Positions 32,262-41,201 of a DNA stretch of 41,201 nucleotides are shown here, piece after piece. Each line of letters begins with the position of its first letter. Positions within the stretch are counted from its first letter, which is position 1. Both the position numbers and the translations under genes were made by a program. The notes beneath the pieces are model-generated. The model saw nothing but the letters and a program-made list of their open reading frames with translations. It had not been told where the DNA came from and ran no database searches. Source of the stretch: a virus; IMG/VR virus record IMGVR_UViG_3300045988_107359, positions 1 to 41,201 of that record. One strand, given 5' to 3'.

Positions 32262-32618
32262 TCAGGTTTCACCGGCGGCGTAGACCACGCCCGCCATCTC
32301 TGCGATGCAGTCCTCGATAAAATCCGACCGTTCGGTCTGGGCCTGCACCTGCGCTCTCAGCAACTTGTTCTCCGCCTGCAAATCCTCAATTGTCACCGGC
32401 TTCTCCGGCTCCACCTCCGGGTGCTCTGCGTTGTAGGCGTCCAGCGCCTCCTGGTCTACCACCAGCGCCGTCACAGCGCTGTCAACGATAGTGAGAGTGC
32501 AGAATCCCTTAGTGTTGATGTAGTCCATCAGCAGGGTATCGGGGAGAGAGACGGAGTTGGGGGATGGGGTGGAGGTTGGGTTTCCGTGGTTGGGGCCTTG
32601 GGTGTTGATGTAGTACAT
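32262..32618 (-). CDS. Hypothetical protein downstream of the fibre gene (possible fibre chaperone)
   Basis: Start MYYINTQ lies after AAAGGAGGTACCAAC. Coiled segment DLQAENKLLRAQVQAQ. Confidence 0.55.
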   Translation of the reverse strand: MYYINTQGPNHGNPTSTPSPNSVSLPDTLLMDYINTKGFCTLTIVDSAVTALVVDQEALDAYNAEHPEVEPEKPVTIEDLQAENKLLRAQVQAQTERSDFIEDCIAEMAGVVYAAGET

Positions 32619-32635
32619 GTTGGTACCTCCTTTCT

Positions 32636-35380
32636 TTAGCCGATACCAAGGAAGTAGTAGGTAGTACCGGCATAGTTCCATTGTGTATCCGCAGAATAAG
32701 TAGAAAACCAATATATTACTTTCGAGTCATTAGATTTTTTTGCGGATACATATTGCCGGTTGCCGAAACACTTGGTCCACTCGGAATCGTTCAGAGTGGC
32801 AACGGGAATCTTGGTTAGCACACCATTACTGTCTGTTTGGTTGACATAGGTTCCGCTAGTAAGGCGTAATACCAAAAACATAACCACCTTCGGCGGAAAA
32901 TCAAACGTCAGGCTACACGGGTTACTCTCCCCATACGTCCCAGTACCCACATAACTAACCACCTGCACCCTCGCTTTATCCCCCAACTTCCCCAGGTATT
33001 CGATAGTGGTACCTGCTGGGATAGCGGCGTAGCCGGTGACGGGTTGAGCCGTAAAGGTAAACACGTTGCTTCCATCGGAGCCTGGCGATTTTGCGACACT
33101 TACGCTACTATCCACCTTAAAAAATCCGGTAGAACCTTTTAATCCACCGGCGCTAGAATGAACCGGAATATAAACGTATTTCCCAGCGATACTTGATTTC
33201 ACAGTATCTGGTTTTGAGCTGTTGTACACACCCGCAGTTATAGGGGATGTGATGGATAACGTACCATCATCGGTAACGCCTAATGAACTGCCAGTCAAAA
33301 GTTGTGGGCTGCCTCCTCCAACAATTGTTACGGTCTGGGCATCCCCCAACGTATACCCCGCCTCTTTCGCATCATCGCCCTCTTGATACGCATTGGGGTT
33401 TGTTGATACAGGGTAGGTGGTGGTTGTTCCGGCGGGGGTTAGTGGGTGGCCGGTAACGTCCTGGCATTTTGAAAGCCTAATGTATAGGTAGTTAGATTCC
33501 GTGGTCATAGAAATGTTGGCATCTGCTGGAACATAGAAGATTTTGCCAGCCAAACTACTGTAAGAGTTGTAATCAGGATGCTGATAGGACCGAATCAGGA
33601 TAAACTTTCCGGCAATTACCGACGAAATATAGGTGAAGTTCGAGTTAGCGGTTACTTCGCCGTAATCATTGTCTGGATTGAGTGAGATTCCGCCATTATC
33701 ATCGACAGCTAGACTGTCGCTGTATCCCATGTAAAAACCAATATAGCCTTCCCCGGAGCCTGTCGCAGAGATATCTTTTTTTGTTTTAACATCCCCCAAT
33801 TTATACCCCGCCGGAATCTCCTGCGCTGTCGTAACGGTTTTACGCCAAACATGCAACTCCCCCGTATTCCCCAACGCCCGAAACATGCCGTCGGGGGTGG
33901 TGGAGGGGGGGAGGCCGATGATGGGAGGGGTGGTGGGTTTGAGGATGTCTCCTACTTTGCTGTTGAGCAGGCTCAGAGGAACAGGATGGTTGTCCGCTGT
34001 GGGCGACAGGATGGAGAGAGGACCGGTCATGGTGCCGCCTGCGAGAGCAAGGTAGTTTTTCAGCAGTTCTGCATGGGCGTCGGTGGCGGTGTTGTGGGCG
34101 CTGACTGCTGTGGTGGCGGTGCCCTTGGGGTCTGCGCCGGTTTGTTCGGCGGTGACTTTGTGGGGGTTGCTTTGGTCGGCAATATGGCCTGGGACTTTGG
34201 AAAGGGCGGCGTTGAAGGCGGTCTCTGTGCCGGTGTAGCCTGCTTCTACGGCAGCGGTAAAGGCACTTTTTCCGTTTTGGCCGCTCACACCTGCCGGGCC
34301 TTGGGGTCCTTCCGGGCCGGTCTCGCCTTGGGGGCCTTGCACACCTTGGATGCCTTGGGGGCCTTGTTTGCCCTGTTTGCCCTCCGGGCCGGCCTCACCC
34401 TGCACACCCTGGGGGCCTTGGGGGCCTTGGGGGCCGGTCGGGCCTTGGAGCTTGCCGACGGAAGTCCAGTCGCCCTGTGTTTCAGACCAGATGTAGCACT
34501 CCTCGTCGGCTTTGACCATGTACATCTTGTCATTGCCGTTGGGAATGGCGTTTTTCAGCGCGGCAAGGGTGCTGTAAATGTCCTCGATGTAGAGGCTGGT
34601 GCCGTCCTTACCGGGGGCACCGGCAGGACCTTGGGCACCGGTGGGGCCTTGTGTCCCCGCTTTCCCCTGCGGACCCTGGGGGCCGGTAGGGCCTTGCTCA
34701 CCCTGTTCTCCCTGCACACCCTGTACGCCGGGGATACCCTGGATACCCTGCGGACCTCTGGCACCCTGTGCGCCCTGTTCGCCCTGGACACCCTGCGGAC
34801 CCTGTGGGCCACGGACAGACACGGCCTGGGGCGCAATGGCACTGTCCTGGATGGTGAAGGACATGACACCGTTTGTGTCGATGCTTGGGACGATGCTTGG
34901 GCCGGTGGCTCCTCGGTCTCCCTTGTCGCCCTTCACGCCCTGGATACCCTGTTCTCCCTGGGGGCCGGTGTCACCCTTCACGCCGTGGACGATGGTCTTG
35001 GTGCCGTCATCGGAGACTTCGCAGTTGTCAAACTGCATCCGTCCGCGCTGGGGCAGGGTCTCCCCGGCAGGGTCCATAATGATGTGACCGGCAGAACCGG
35101 ATGCCTGCCAAGTCACGCCGTCCTGGCTGGTTTCCAGTACTCGATCTGCGTTCAGGCGGATGTACTTGAAACCTGCTCCTTCCGGGAGCTGTACGCTCGT
35201 CTCCACGCCCAGCGTTTCCAGAGCGGGAAGCAGGGTGACGTTGATATACTCCTGGATGGTCAAAGGCCCTTCGTCGAACTTCTTCTTCAGTTCGGCAGCA
35301 GACAGACCGCCTACGTCGTTGGGTTCGTCGTCCAACTTCTGGACGATGTTTAAGTCTTCGTTCAGCTTTTTTAAGCTCAT
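32636..35380 (-). CDS. Collagen-like tail fibre protein
   Basis: Start [11 protein letters not shown] lies after GAGGTGA. Three Gly-X-Y tracts, then a long beta-rich C-terminal half. Confidence 0.8.
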   Translation of the reverse strand: MSLKKLNEDLNIVQKLDDEPNDVGGLSAAELKKKFDEGPLTIQEYINVTLLPALETLGVETSVQLPEGAGFKYIRLNADRVLETSQDGVTWQASGSAGHIIMDPAGETLPQRGRMQFDNCEVSDDGTKTIVHGVKGDTGPQGEQGIQGVKGDKGDRGATGPSIVPSIDTNGVMSFTIQDSAIAPQAVSVRGPQGPQGVQGEQGAQGARGPQGIQGIPGVQGVQGEQGEQGPTGPQGPQGKAGTQGPTGAQGPAGAPGKDGTSLYIEDIYSTLAALKNAIPNGNDKMYMVKADEECYIWSETQGDWTSVGKLQGPTGPQGPQGPQGVQGEAGPEGKQGKQGPQGIQGVQGPQGETGPEGPQGPAGVSGQNGKSAFTAAVEAGYTGTETAFNAALSKVPGHIADQSNPHKVTAEQTGADPKGTATTAVSAHNTATDAHAELLKNYLALAGGTMTGPLSILSPTADNHPVPLSLLNSKVGDILKPTTPPIIGLPPSTTPDGMFRALGNTGELHVWRKTVTTAQEIPAGYKLGDVKTKKDISATGSGEGYIGFYMGYSDSLAVDDNGGISLNPDNDYGEVTANSNFTYISSVIAGKFILIRSYQHPDYNSYSSLAGKIFYVPADANISMTTESNYLYIRLSKCQDVTGHPLTPAGTTTTYPVSTNPNAYQEGDDAKEAGYTLGDAQTVTIVGGGSPQLLTGSSLGVTDDGTLSITSPITAGVYNSSKPDTVKSSIAGKYVYIPVHSSAGGLKGSTGFFKVDSSVSVAKSPGSDGSNVFTFTAQPVTGYAAIPAGTTIEYLGKLGDKARVQVVSYVGTGTYGESNPCSLTFDFPPKVVMFLVLRLTSGTYVNQTDSNGVLTKIPVATLNDSEWTKCFGNRQYVSAKKSNDSKVIYWFSTYSADTQWNYAGTTYYFLGIG
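34268..34984 (-). repeat. Collagen Gly-X-Y triplet-repeat tracts
   Basis: Residues about 136-165, 193-263 and 315-374 of the fibre ORF are uninterrupted G-X-Y ([13 protein letters not shown]...). Confidence 0.9.
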
Positions 35381-35385
35381 AGGTA

Positions 35386-37488
35386 TCACCTCGCATAGCC
35401 CGTGAATCGTACCCGCATGTCAGCGGACAGGATGGTCACGGTGGTGTTAATGGATTCCGTTCGGAAAATCAGCTTGTAAAACACGAACTTCTTCGCCTTG
35501 ATCTTCAGGCGCTTCATGTGCGGCTTTCGGTTCGGGTTGAAGCTCCACTTCCGAAAATCCGCCCCGGAAAACGAGATCAGGGACGAGACCACGACCTTGT
35601 TTGTATAGGCCGATTTTCGGTCTGTCTGAACGGTTACATAGACTTCACCGTGGGTCTCCGGCTTGATGCCTACCCACAGCATGGCGCTGTACTTTCGCAT
35701 GAAGTCCTGAGAAAAACTCTCTGCGCCGCTTTCCCAATAGCTTTCGATTTTCTCCCCGTTGTCTGTCCGGTTGGTGTAAGCGATGAGATTCAAGCGTCCC
35801 TTGCTGTCTCCACTATATAGCTTCCCACGGAAGTTTACGAAGCACGTCACGTCAAAGGCTGTGTAGCAGTACCAGGCATCTGCGGCGTAGTTGTGTACCA
35901 GCGCCCTGTTGTCTGTATTGATGATGTAATACTCTTGGTTGTCGTTGTCGTCCCAACAGCGGCAGTGTTCCAGGTCAAAGCCTGCCAACGTCCCCATGAT
36001 GCGGTCAGAGATACGCCGTGCCTGCCGCTCGTCAATGGTCATGTTGGCAGAGTAGGAAGAGCTGTTCTTCCACTCATACAAGTCGTGCCCGAAGAGCGTT
36101 CTCGGAGAGTTCAGCACCAGTTGTGCTTGCCCCGGTGCCACATTTCCAATGGCTCGGTTCACGGGCGTTGCGTAGAACGTCGCCGCCGTGGTGTTGTCCA
36201 CCATCGTGGTCACGCCGTACTGCACGGAGTAGGTAGACGTAGACTTGTAGACGATCAGCCGGGAGTAGTGCCGAATGAGTGCCGTGATGGGAGTGTTGGC
36301 GTCCCCCACTTTCAGGACGTTCATGTCCGGGAAGTAGTCTGCCCTCGGTTTTCCATCGTTGTCCAGGCCGGAGTAATATGCCTCGTTCGTGCCGTCTCCA
36401 TAGAGAAAGACACGGTTGTCGTTGGCTCCGTTGAAGGTCTCTGCATACTTCATGGCAAGCGCCTTGTCCCGGAAGTTCTTCTTCACTTCCCACGCGATTT
36501 CAATGGTGTTTATCCCCTTCTCCGGGGCTGTGCTGAAGGTCACAGTCCCCTTTTCCAGGTCAACGGTGTACTTGCTCTTCTCGATCTCAGGCTCGTTCTC
36601 TGCCGCCTTGTTCTTTACCCAGTCTACGGACTTCAAGTCCTTCTCCGGCAGGGTGAAGGTAGTGGCAGTGCCGTCCGGGGAGAACCAGCAGCGGCGCTTC
36701 CCGTTGAGCTTGTTCACCTGCTCATAAGTGGTGCCGCCGCCGCTTGGAACGACGGTAATGGTCACGATAGGCCGGTACCCGTCCACGTCCTGAAGTGTTT
36801 TTCCGTCCCACTCTTTGTACTGGCCCTTTGCCATGATATAGAGCTTTTCAGAGTAGCCGAAGAAAAACACCGGTTCCGTGGTGTCCAGATCACCAATGGC
36901 TTCCCGCTTCCATGCCCCGTCATGGAGCTTCCAGAGCTTTCCGTCGGCAGCGCCGACCAGGTACTCTTTTCCCTTCACGTTGCCAGCCCATAGACCAGCG
37001 ACTTTCTGGTTCACGGAAGAGGATACCGCACGGCAACGCTTCATCTTCCAGGTGTACTCATCCCGTTCTGCGTCATAGGTGCAGGAAACAAGCTGATAGG
37101 TGAAGTTCTCGTCATAGCGCCAATAGTATCCTGCGTACTGTTCCGCGTTCTCGTAGCTTACAGAGACCTCGTCCCCGGAGACTTCCAGAAAACCGTCTGT
37201 CGTCACAGTGCAGGTTGGGTGCATCCGAAGCTTGCCGGAGACATGTTCATCAACGCGAACTTTTTGCGCGTTGTCCTCCACCTGCAAGGTATAGGCTTGC
37301 AGTAAGCCCTTCACCATCTGCTGTCCCGGTCTTCTCTGCAAGTTCCGGTCACGGGTGACTTTGAAGTTCCGAATGACCGATGCTTCCCCCATTTTCAGTT
37401 TGGTGTCGCCGTCTGGGTTTTCGTTCAAGCCAAGAAATTCCTGGATACGAAAGACCTTCTCGTCGGCTCCGGTCGTAATTCTCGCCAT
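35386..37488 (-). CDS. Large tail / nozzle-type structural protein
   Basis: 700 aa, lying between the head-completion gene and the fibre gene. Function inferred from position only. Confidence 0.5.
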   Translation of the reverse strand: MARITTGADEKVFRIQEFLGLNENPDGDTKLKMGEASVIRNFKVTRDRNLQRRPGQQMVKGLLQAYTLQVEDNAQKVRVDEHVSGKLRMHPTCTVTTDGFLEVSGDEVSVSYENAEQYAGYYWRYDENFTYQLVSCTYDAERDEYTWKMKRCRAVSSSVNQKVAGLWAGNVKGKEYLVGAADGKLWKLHDGAWKREAIGDLDTTEPVFFFGYSEKLYIMAKGQYKEWDGKTLQDVDGYRPIVTITVVPSGGGTTYEQVNKLNGKRRCWFSPDGTATTFTLPEKDLKSVDWVKNKAAENEPEIEKSKYTVDLEKGTVTFSTAPEKGINTIEIAWEVKKNFRDKALAMKYAETFNGANDNRVFLYGDGTNEAYYSGLDNDGKPRADYFPDMNVLKVGDANTPITALIRHYSRLIVYKSTSTYSVQYGVTTMVDNTTAATFYATPVNRAIGNVAPGQAQLVLNSPRTLFGHDLYEWKNSSSYSANMTIDERQARRISDRIMGTLAGFDLEHCRCWDDNDNQEYYIINTDNRALVHNYAADAWYCYTAFDVTCFVNFRGKLYSGDSKGRLNLIAYTNRTDNGEKIESYWESGAESFSQDFMRKYSAMLWVGIKPETHGEVYVTVQTDRKSAYTNKVVVSSLISFSGADFRKWSFNPNRKPHMKRLKIKAKKFVFYKLIFRTESINTTVTILSADMRVRFTGYAR

Positions 37489-37494
37489 GAAACA

Positions 37495-37947
37495 TCAACT
37501 CCAACGGGAAAAGTAGTTGTATTCGGTGCTTACGCCGTATACGTCGGTAATGCTTTCCGAAGAGCGTGGGAAACCGGCAGCCAGCTTATCCCGAAGCTCT
37601 TCATACCTTTGCTGGAAGAACGCCGCTGCCGAAGGGTTCTCATCCAGCAAGAGTTGTGCCGCCAACCCGTAGGGAAGGACGGTCTGACAAATGTAGTCGT
37701 CCAGTTGAATGAAATCCGTGAAGTTCTGAATTACATCCACAATGGGGCGTTTTCCTTCCTCTACCTGCTCATAGGTGTCTGAGTAAGGAAACAGCTCCCC
37801 ACGCAGGGCATTCAGAATCAGCAGTGTTCTCACCTTGTATTCTCTGGTATCAGAGGTGTCCGTCTCACCGCTGGATTCGTTCACCTCGTCGATAAGGCCC
37901 ATGGCAATGTCAAAGACACGCTGGGCGGTGGTGCTGGGCGCAGGCAT
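37495..37947 (-). CDS. Head-tail adaptor / head-completion protein (by position)
   Basis: 150-aa ORF directly after the capsid gene, RBS AAAGGAGGG. Confidence 0.45.
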   Translation of the reverse strand: MPAPSTTAQRVFDIAMGLIDEVNESSGETDTSDTREYKVRTLLILNALRGELFPYSDTYEQVEEGKRPIVDVIQNFTDFIQLDDYICQTVLPYGLAAQLLLDENPSAAAFFQQRYEELRDKLAAGFPRSSESITDVYGVSTEYNYFSRWS

Positions 37948-37964
37948 CGTGTTCCCTCCTTTGG

Positions 37965-37991
37965 AAAAAGGGGAGGCGCTGGGCCTCCCCC
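37965..37991 (-). terminator. Intrinsic terminator / attenuator after the major capsid gene
   Basis: On minus: GGGGAGGC-CCAGC-GCCUCCCC followed by UUUUU. Confidence 0.65.
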
Positions 37992-38004
37992 TTGTTTCGT
38001 TTTA

Positions 38005-38856
38005 TCAAGCGGTTGCGGTAGAGGACACATAGATGCCCTTGCACTTGGTGTCCAGCACAAAGCTGTCGTAGATATAGCGGCCTTCGACCACATCACCATC
38101 CACGCCCATGGGGTTCTTGTGAACGCGGTAGTTCTTCAGCTTCATCACGTCCACGGTCGCGCCCTTGTACTTCAGAATGAAGTTGGTAGCGGCAGGGAAG
38201 ATGGAGGAAGGAACGGTCACCACGTCCACGCCGTCGATGGTGCCACGGTAGCCGCGCCGGATGTTCTCAGCAGTCAGAGTGTCAGAGCCGCCCATGACCA
38301 CGTCAGCCAGCTTGAACTTGAGGAAGGTCAGTTCAGGGATGAACAGGACGCGGCCCGTGGTGGGGACTTTCTCATCGGACATGGTGGCGTTGGCAGTGAA
38401 GATCTTCTCCACGATGTTGGCCTTGGTCAGCACACCGTCCTTAGAGGTCAGAACAGCCTTGCCGGTGGTCAGGCCGTTGCCAGCGATCCACTTCTCGAAG
38501 CGGTACTTGTCGATTTCAGGGGTGATGACCTCGTCGATCTCACGCTTGAGGCACTTGTTTGCCTGCTTGATGTTGAACTGCTCGGAGGCGTTACCGGCGT
38601 CGATGGAGAAGGTAAATGCCTTGTCCACCGCCAGGGTCATCTCCTGGGTGGTGTCGCCCAGCTCGGTCAGAGCGCCGAAACGGGCGGTGCCGGTGCGGGT
38701 GTAGTTGGTGGTCGGCACGGTATCCACGGAGTAGATTTTGATCGTCTTGACGCCCGTGAATTCGTAGTCGTGTCCGCAGTAACGGTCGGTCTTGGAGCCG
38801 ATGGTGAAGCGCTCCTGAACTTTCTGGGAATACTTCTCAGCAAGATTGATAGCCAT
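38005..38856 (-). CDS. Major capsid protein (HK97-fold type)
   Basis: 283 aa. The N-terminus MAINLAEKYSQKVQERF is typical of a compact capsid family of Firmicutes phages (recalled). Follows the scaffold gene and is followed by a terminator. Confidence 0.8.
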   Translation of the reverse strand: MAINLAEKYSQKVQERFTIGSKTDRYCGHDYEFTGVKTIKIYSVDTVPTTNYTRTGTARFGALTELGDTTQEMTLAVDKAFTFSIDAGNASEQFNIKQANKCLKREIDEVITPEIDKYRFEKWIAGNGLTTGKAVLTSKDGVLTKANIVEKIFTANATMSDEKVPTTGRVLFIPELTFLKFKLADVVMGGSDTLTAENIRRGYRGTIDGVDVVTVPSSIFPAATNFILKYKGATVDVMKLKNYRVHKNPMGVDGDVVEGRYIYDSFVLDTKCKGIYVSSTATA

Positions 38857-38898
38857 AGGGGTTCCTTATCCTTTCCGGCCCCTATGAAACGGGGCCTG

Positions 38899-39816
38899 TC
38901 AGTCGTCCCCGGAATACCAGTCGTCGTCAATGGGGTCAGCCTTTTTCTGGGCGTTCCCAGCAGACTTCTGGCTGCCGGTGGAACGTTGTTTGTTGTCCAG
39001 ATTCTTCTTGGCAGTCTCCAACTCGCTTTTCAGCTGCTCGTTTTCTGCTGCCAAGTTTTTGGCTGTGAATCGTGCGTAGGAAGAAACCAAACTTTCCCCT
39101 TCTCGAAGCATCGTCTCCCAAACCTCCTTGGGAATATCGCTCATTTTCACATCGGGGAACGCACGCTGAAACGCGGCGTTGTCCGCGTCAATGCGCTGTC
39201 TCTCTTCCAGTTGCGCCTGCTGTTCTCTCTGCGCGTTCTGTCTCTGTGCGTCAAATGCCTGCCGCTCTCTGTCCAGTTTCACGCGCTGAAGGGCAACGCT
39301 CTTGTCGATGCCCTCTCTGCCTGCCAGCAGTTCCGCTCTTGTGGCGTCCATCAGGTCTTCAATGCTCATGTTGCTGGGCGCTGCCAGCTCCGACAGAAAA
39401 CCTTCCAGTTCTGCCACGCGCTCTTTTGCCGTGTCGCGTTCGCCGCGCACATGGTCATAGTCCAAGCCCTTCTGTGCCAGGACGGTCGCCTCTTCACGAT
39501 TCACCTTCGTGATCTCGCCGAATCGCTTGAGTTCCATGAAGGGCTGGTCTTCCCCTTCCTTCGTCTCTTCGCTCTTCTGCTCGTCCGAAGTGCCTTGCTC
39601 CCCTTCCTGCGGTTCCTCTTCCTTCGGCTGGTCTGCTTCCGGTTCGGGTTCCTCGGCGGGAGGTTCCTGCGTTCCTTCGCCCGTTTCGTCTGCCTGCACG
39701 TCGCTCAGATCGATATCATCAAAGAAAGCGTCGTCGTCATAGTTTGACGTAGTACCCTCGCTCAAAGCGGCGGTATCCACGGTCTCAGGGGCGTTGTTCA
39801 TTGCAGTTTCGCTCAT
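38899..39816 (-). CDS. Scaffolding protein
   Basis: Start MSETAMNN lies after AAGGAGATAAAACT. Highly acidic N-terminal half with coiled-coil Q/E/R-rich regions. Immediately upstream of the capsid gene. Confidence 0.7.
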   Translation of the reverse strand: MSETAMNNAPETVDTAALSEGTTSNYDDDAFFDDIDLSDVQADETGEGTQEPPAEEPEPEADQPKEEEPQEGEQGTSDEQKSEETKEGEDQPFMELKRFGEITKVNREEATVLAQKGLDYDHVRGERDTAKERVAELEGFLSELAAPSNMSIEDLMDATRAELLAGREGIDKSVALQRVKLDRERQAFDAQRQNAQREQQAQLEERQRIDADNAAFQRAFPDVKMSDIPKEVWETMLREGESLVSSYARFTAKNLAAENEQLKSELETAKKNLDNKQRSTGSQKSAGNAQKKADPIDDDWYSGDD

Positions 39817-39894
39817 AGTTTTATCTCCTTCTTGGCTATGGTCGGCCAAATATAAGTTGTTTCTTACAGGTATCTAAACCCGGTTCAGCCGGGG

Positions 39895-40674
39895 TTAGAG
39901 CAGGTTTAAGCGGCCAAGGATGGTCACGACCTCGTCTCTTTTGATGGGTCGTTCCGGCCCTTCGCCGTTGATGATGCCTTTTTCCGTCGCCTTGGCCCAG
40001 TGACCGTCTGTTCGGCTCCACACGGGTTCCAGCATGGTGTCAGCGTAGTTCATGGCCTCAGTTAGGATGCCGTAGCACATCTCAGGTGTCAGCTGCTTCA
40101 GGAGCTTTTCAATGTCCATTTCCTCTTCCTCCTTCCCTGTCAGAATCTCGTTGACTGCGTTTGCGATCTTCGGGTGTAGGTTATACAGGAAATCGCCGGG
40201 GCAAGCCTTGTTCGCCGTCCATCGGTGGACGACCATGTTCTGTTTGTCCCACTGCCCCATCAAGGACTTATCGCCCTTCCAAAGCAGTTTTGGAATCCCG
40301 TTGCGCTGGCAAATGTCAGCCAGCAGTTTCACAAGGGCTTCGATTGCCGCCGTGTTCACCAGGTAGGGAGCCACATTGTCACTTGCAACTTCGATGGTCA
40401 CAAGCTGGTGGTCGATCTTGTTCGACGTACACCAGGCGCGGTTCTCTTCGCCGCACACCTGAGCAATCGAGCCGTCGCCGCCAACGACGTAGTGACAGGA
40501 AGCGCCGTTCTTAGGGTCGCGCTTGATAAAGCGGCTCATATCCGCAAAGCGTTCTGCCGGGAGGTCTTTGCCGCCTGCGGTGCAGTGAATGGCTACACCT
40601 TTGATAGTGCCTTGTCTCGGCTTTGTCACGTTGGGCGAAAGCCGAACATAGGTGGGAAGTCTGGAATTACTCAT
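39895..40674 (-). CDS. Endolysin: N-acetylmuramoyl-L-alanine amidase (Amidase_2/PGRP type) with C-terminal binding domain
   Basis: Motifs IHCTAGG, SCHYVVGGDGSIAQ..NRAWC, TIEVA and VVHRWTANKACPGD. The C-terminus resembles an SLH-like module. Confidence 0.8.
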   Translation of the reverse strand: MSNSRLPTYVRLSPNVTKPRQGTIKGVAIHCTAGGKDLPAERFADMSRFIKRDPKNGASCHYVVGGDGSIAQVCGEENRAWCTSNKIDHQLVTIEVASDNVAPYLVNTAAIEALVKLLADICQRNGIPKLLWKGDKSLMGQWDKQNMVVHRWTANKACPGDFLYNLHPKIANAVNEILTGKEEEEMDIEKLLKQLTPEMCYGILTEAMNYADTMLEPVWSRTDGHWAKATEKGIINGEGPERPIKRDEVVTILGRLNLL

Positions 40675-40870
40675 TCTGCTTTACCTCCGGTAGACCTGCG
40701 ATTGAGGTCAGAATAGACACGATACCGGCTAGGACAGCGGCAGAAGCCACCATCGGCCAGGAAACGTCACTCAGCACAACACCGGCACCGATACAGCCGA
40801 TTGCCGTCTGTGCAATGGTCTTCACGGCACGAACCGCCGCTGCACAAGCCCACGCTTTCCAATTTCTCAT
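40667..40870 (-). CDS. Holin (phi LC3-like small two-TM type)
   Basis: 67 aa with two hydrophobic helices (AVKTIAQTAIGCIGAGVVL and MVASAAVLAGIVSILTSIAGL). Overlaps the endolysin start. Confidence 0.7.
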   Translation of the reverse strand: MRNWKAWACAAAVRAVKTIAQTAIGCIGAGVVLSDVSWPMVASAAVLAGIVSILTSIAGLPEVKQNE

Positions 40871-40881
40871 TTCCTCACCTC

Positions 40882-41201
40882 CTAACCGGTTACAATGGGC
40901 AACCGTTCCACCTCATCCATGATGGTGTCCAGGTGTCCGTTGCCACCGAGTGCCTTGTAGGTTCTATGCATCTCCTGGATGTTCTCTTTGTCTTCCAGAG
41001 TGATGCCGCCAGCTTCGACATACCGTCTACCGAGGGAGCGCACCCGGTCGATCATCAAAACTTTCTGCGCTGCTGCCAGCGCATCCAGCTTGTCGTCTTC
41101 TTTGTCTTTCTTCATCCAGTGCCGATTCAGAAGGGCTACCACAATGGCAGAAAACCCGCTCGAACCCAGCACGATGCCGATGATCTTGAAAATGGGTTCC
41201 A
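40882..41201 (-). CDS. Single-TM membrane protein (106 aa), truncated by one base at the window end
   Basis: In the duplicated copy the ATG is at 120-118 and overlaps the portal stop (TAATG). Full product MEPIFKIIGIVLGSSGFSAIVVALLNRHW.. has one N-terminal TM helix. Lies upstream of the holin, so possibly lysis-associated. Confidence 0.6.
   Translation of the reverse strand, partial: EPIFKIIGIVLGSSGFSAIVVALLNRHWMKKDKEDDKLDALAAAQKVLMIDRVRSLGRRYVEAGGITLEDKENIQEMHRTYKALGGNGHLDTIMDEVERLPIVTG
41083..41201. repeat. Second copy of the terminal overlap
   Basis: Identical to 1-119. Confidence 0.95.

Noticed and set aside
33851-35353. 500-aa plus-strand ORF (and 34599-35087) opposite the fibre gene
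   Set aside because: It is antisense to the collagen Gly-X-Y repeats. GC-rich triplet periodicity keeps the opposite strand open. There is no RBS and the product is low-complexity Gly/Ala/Leu.
32636-35380. Diversity-generating retroelement targeting the fibre gene
   Set aside because: There is no reverse transcriptase anywhere in the genome, and I noticed no template/variable repeat pair near the fibre 3' end.
38119-39747. 542-aa plus-strand ORF across the capsid and scaffold genes
   Set aside because: It is a shadow ORF of two well-supported minus-strand genes. The product is low-complexity, it has no RBS and it spans an intergenic terminator-like hairpin.

Overview
The window is a complete, circularly closed temperate phage (or excised prophage) genome. 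Bases 1-119 are identical to 41083-41201, so the unique length is 41082 bp. It is GC-rich and uses AGGAGG-type ribosome-binding sites, so a Clostridia/Firmicutes host is my inference. Plus strand (6.8-22.45 kb): an accessory arm at 6.8-9.0 kb next to a probable attP, then integrase and a CI-like repressor (both on minus). These are followed by a Cro-like switch, a replication/recombination module (Sak4-like ATPase, DUF669-type SSB, initiator, DnaB, RusA) and nucleotide-metabolism and Lar-like genes. Minus strand, running 6.2 kb -> 1 -> wrap -> 22.49 kb: the late operon. In order it holds TerS, a 1.25-kb non-coding stretch with a tRNA-Ser and a tRNA-like element, and TerL split by an intron carrying a homing-endonuclease-like ORF. 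Then come portal, a lysis cassette, scaffold, major capsid, tail and collagen-like fibre genes, and a 2214-aa polyvalent-type virion protein. I recognise no tail tube, sheath or tape-measure-chaperone set, so the architecture looks podovirus-like. Things most worth a second look: (1) an orphan CasB/Cse2-like gene, with no other cas gene or CRISPR array, at the end of an accessory operon beside attP. That operon has an operator-covered promoter next to a divergent RHH gene and also encodes a J-domain protein and a small acidic protein. (2) The long structured non-coding region between terS and terL, which includes an extreme GC/poly-C island and ends in a very strong terminator 20 nt before terL. 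(3) The apparent group I intron in terL. (4) A promoter-plus-terminator small-RNA cassette next to attP. All functional calls rest on motif recognition by eye; no searches were run.
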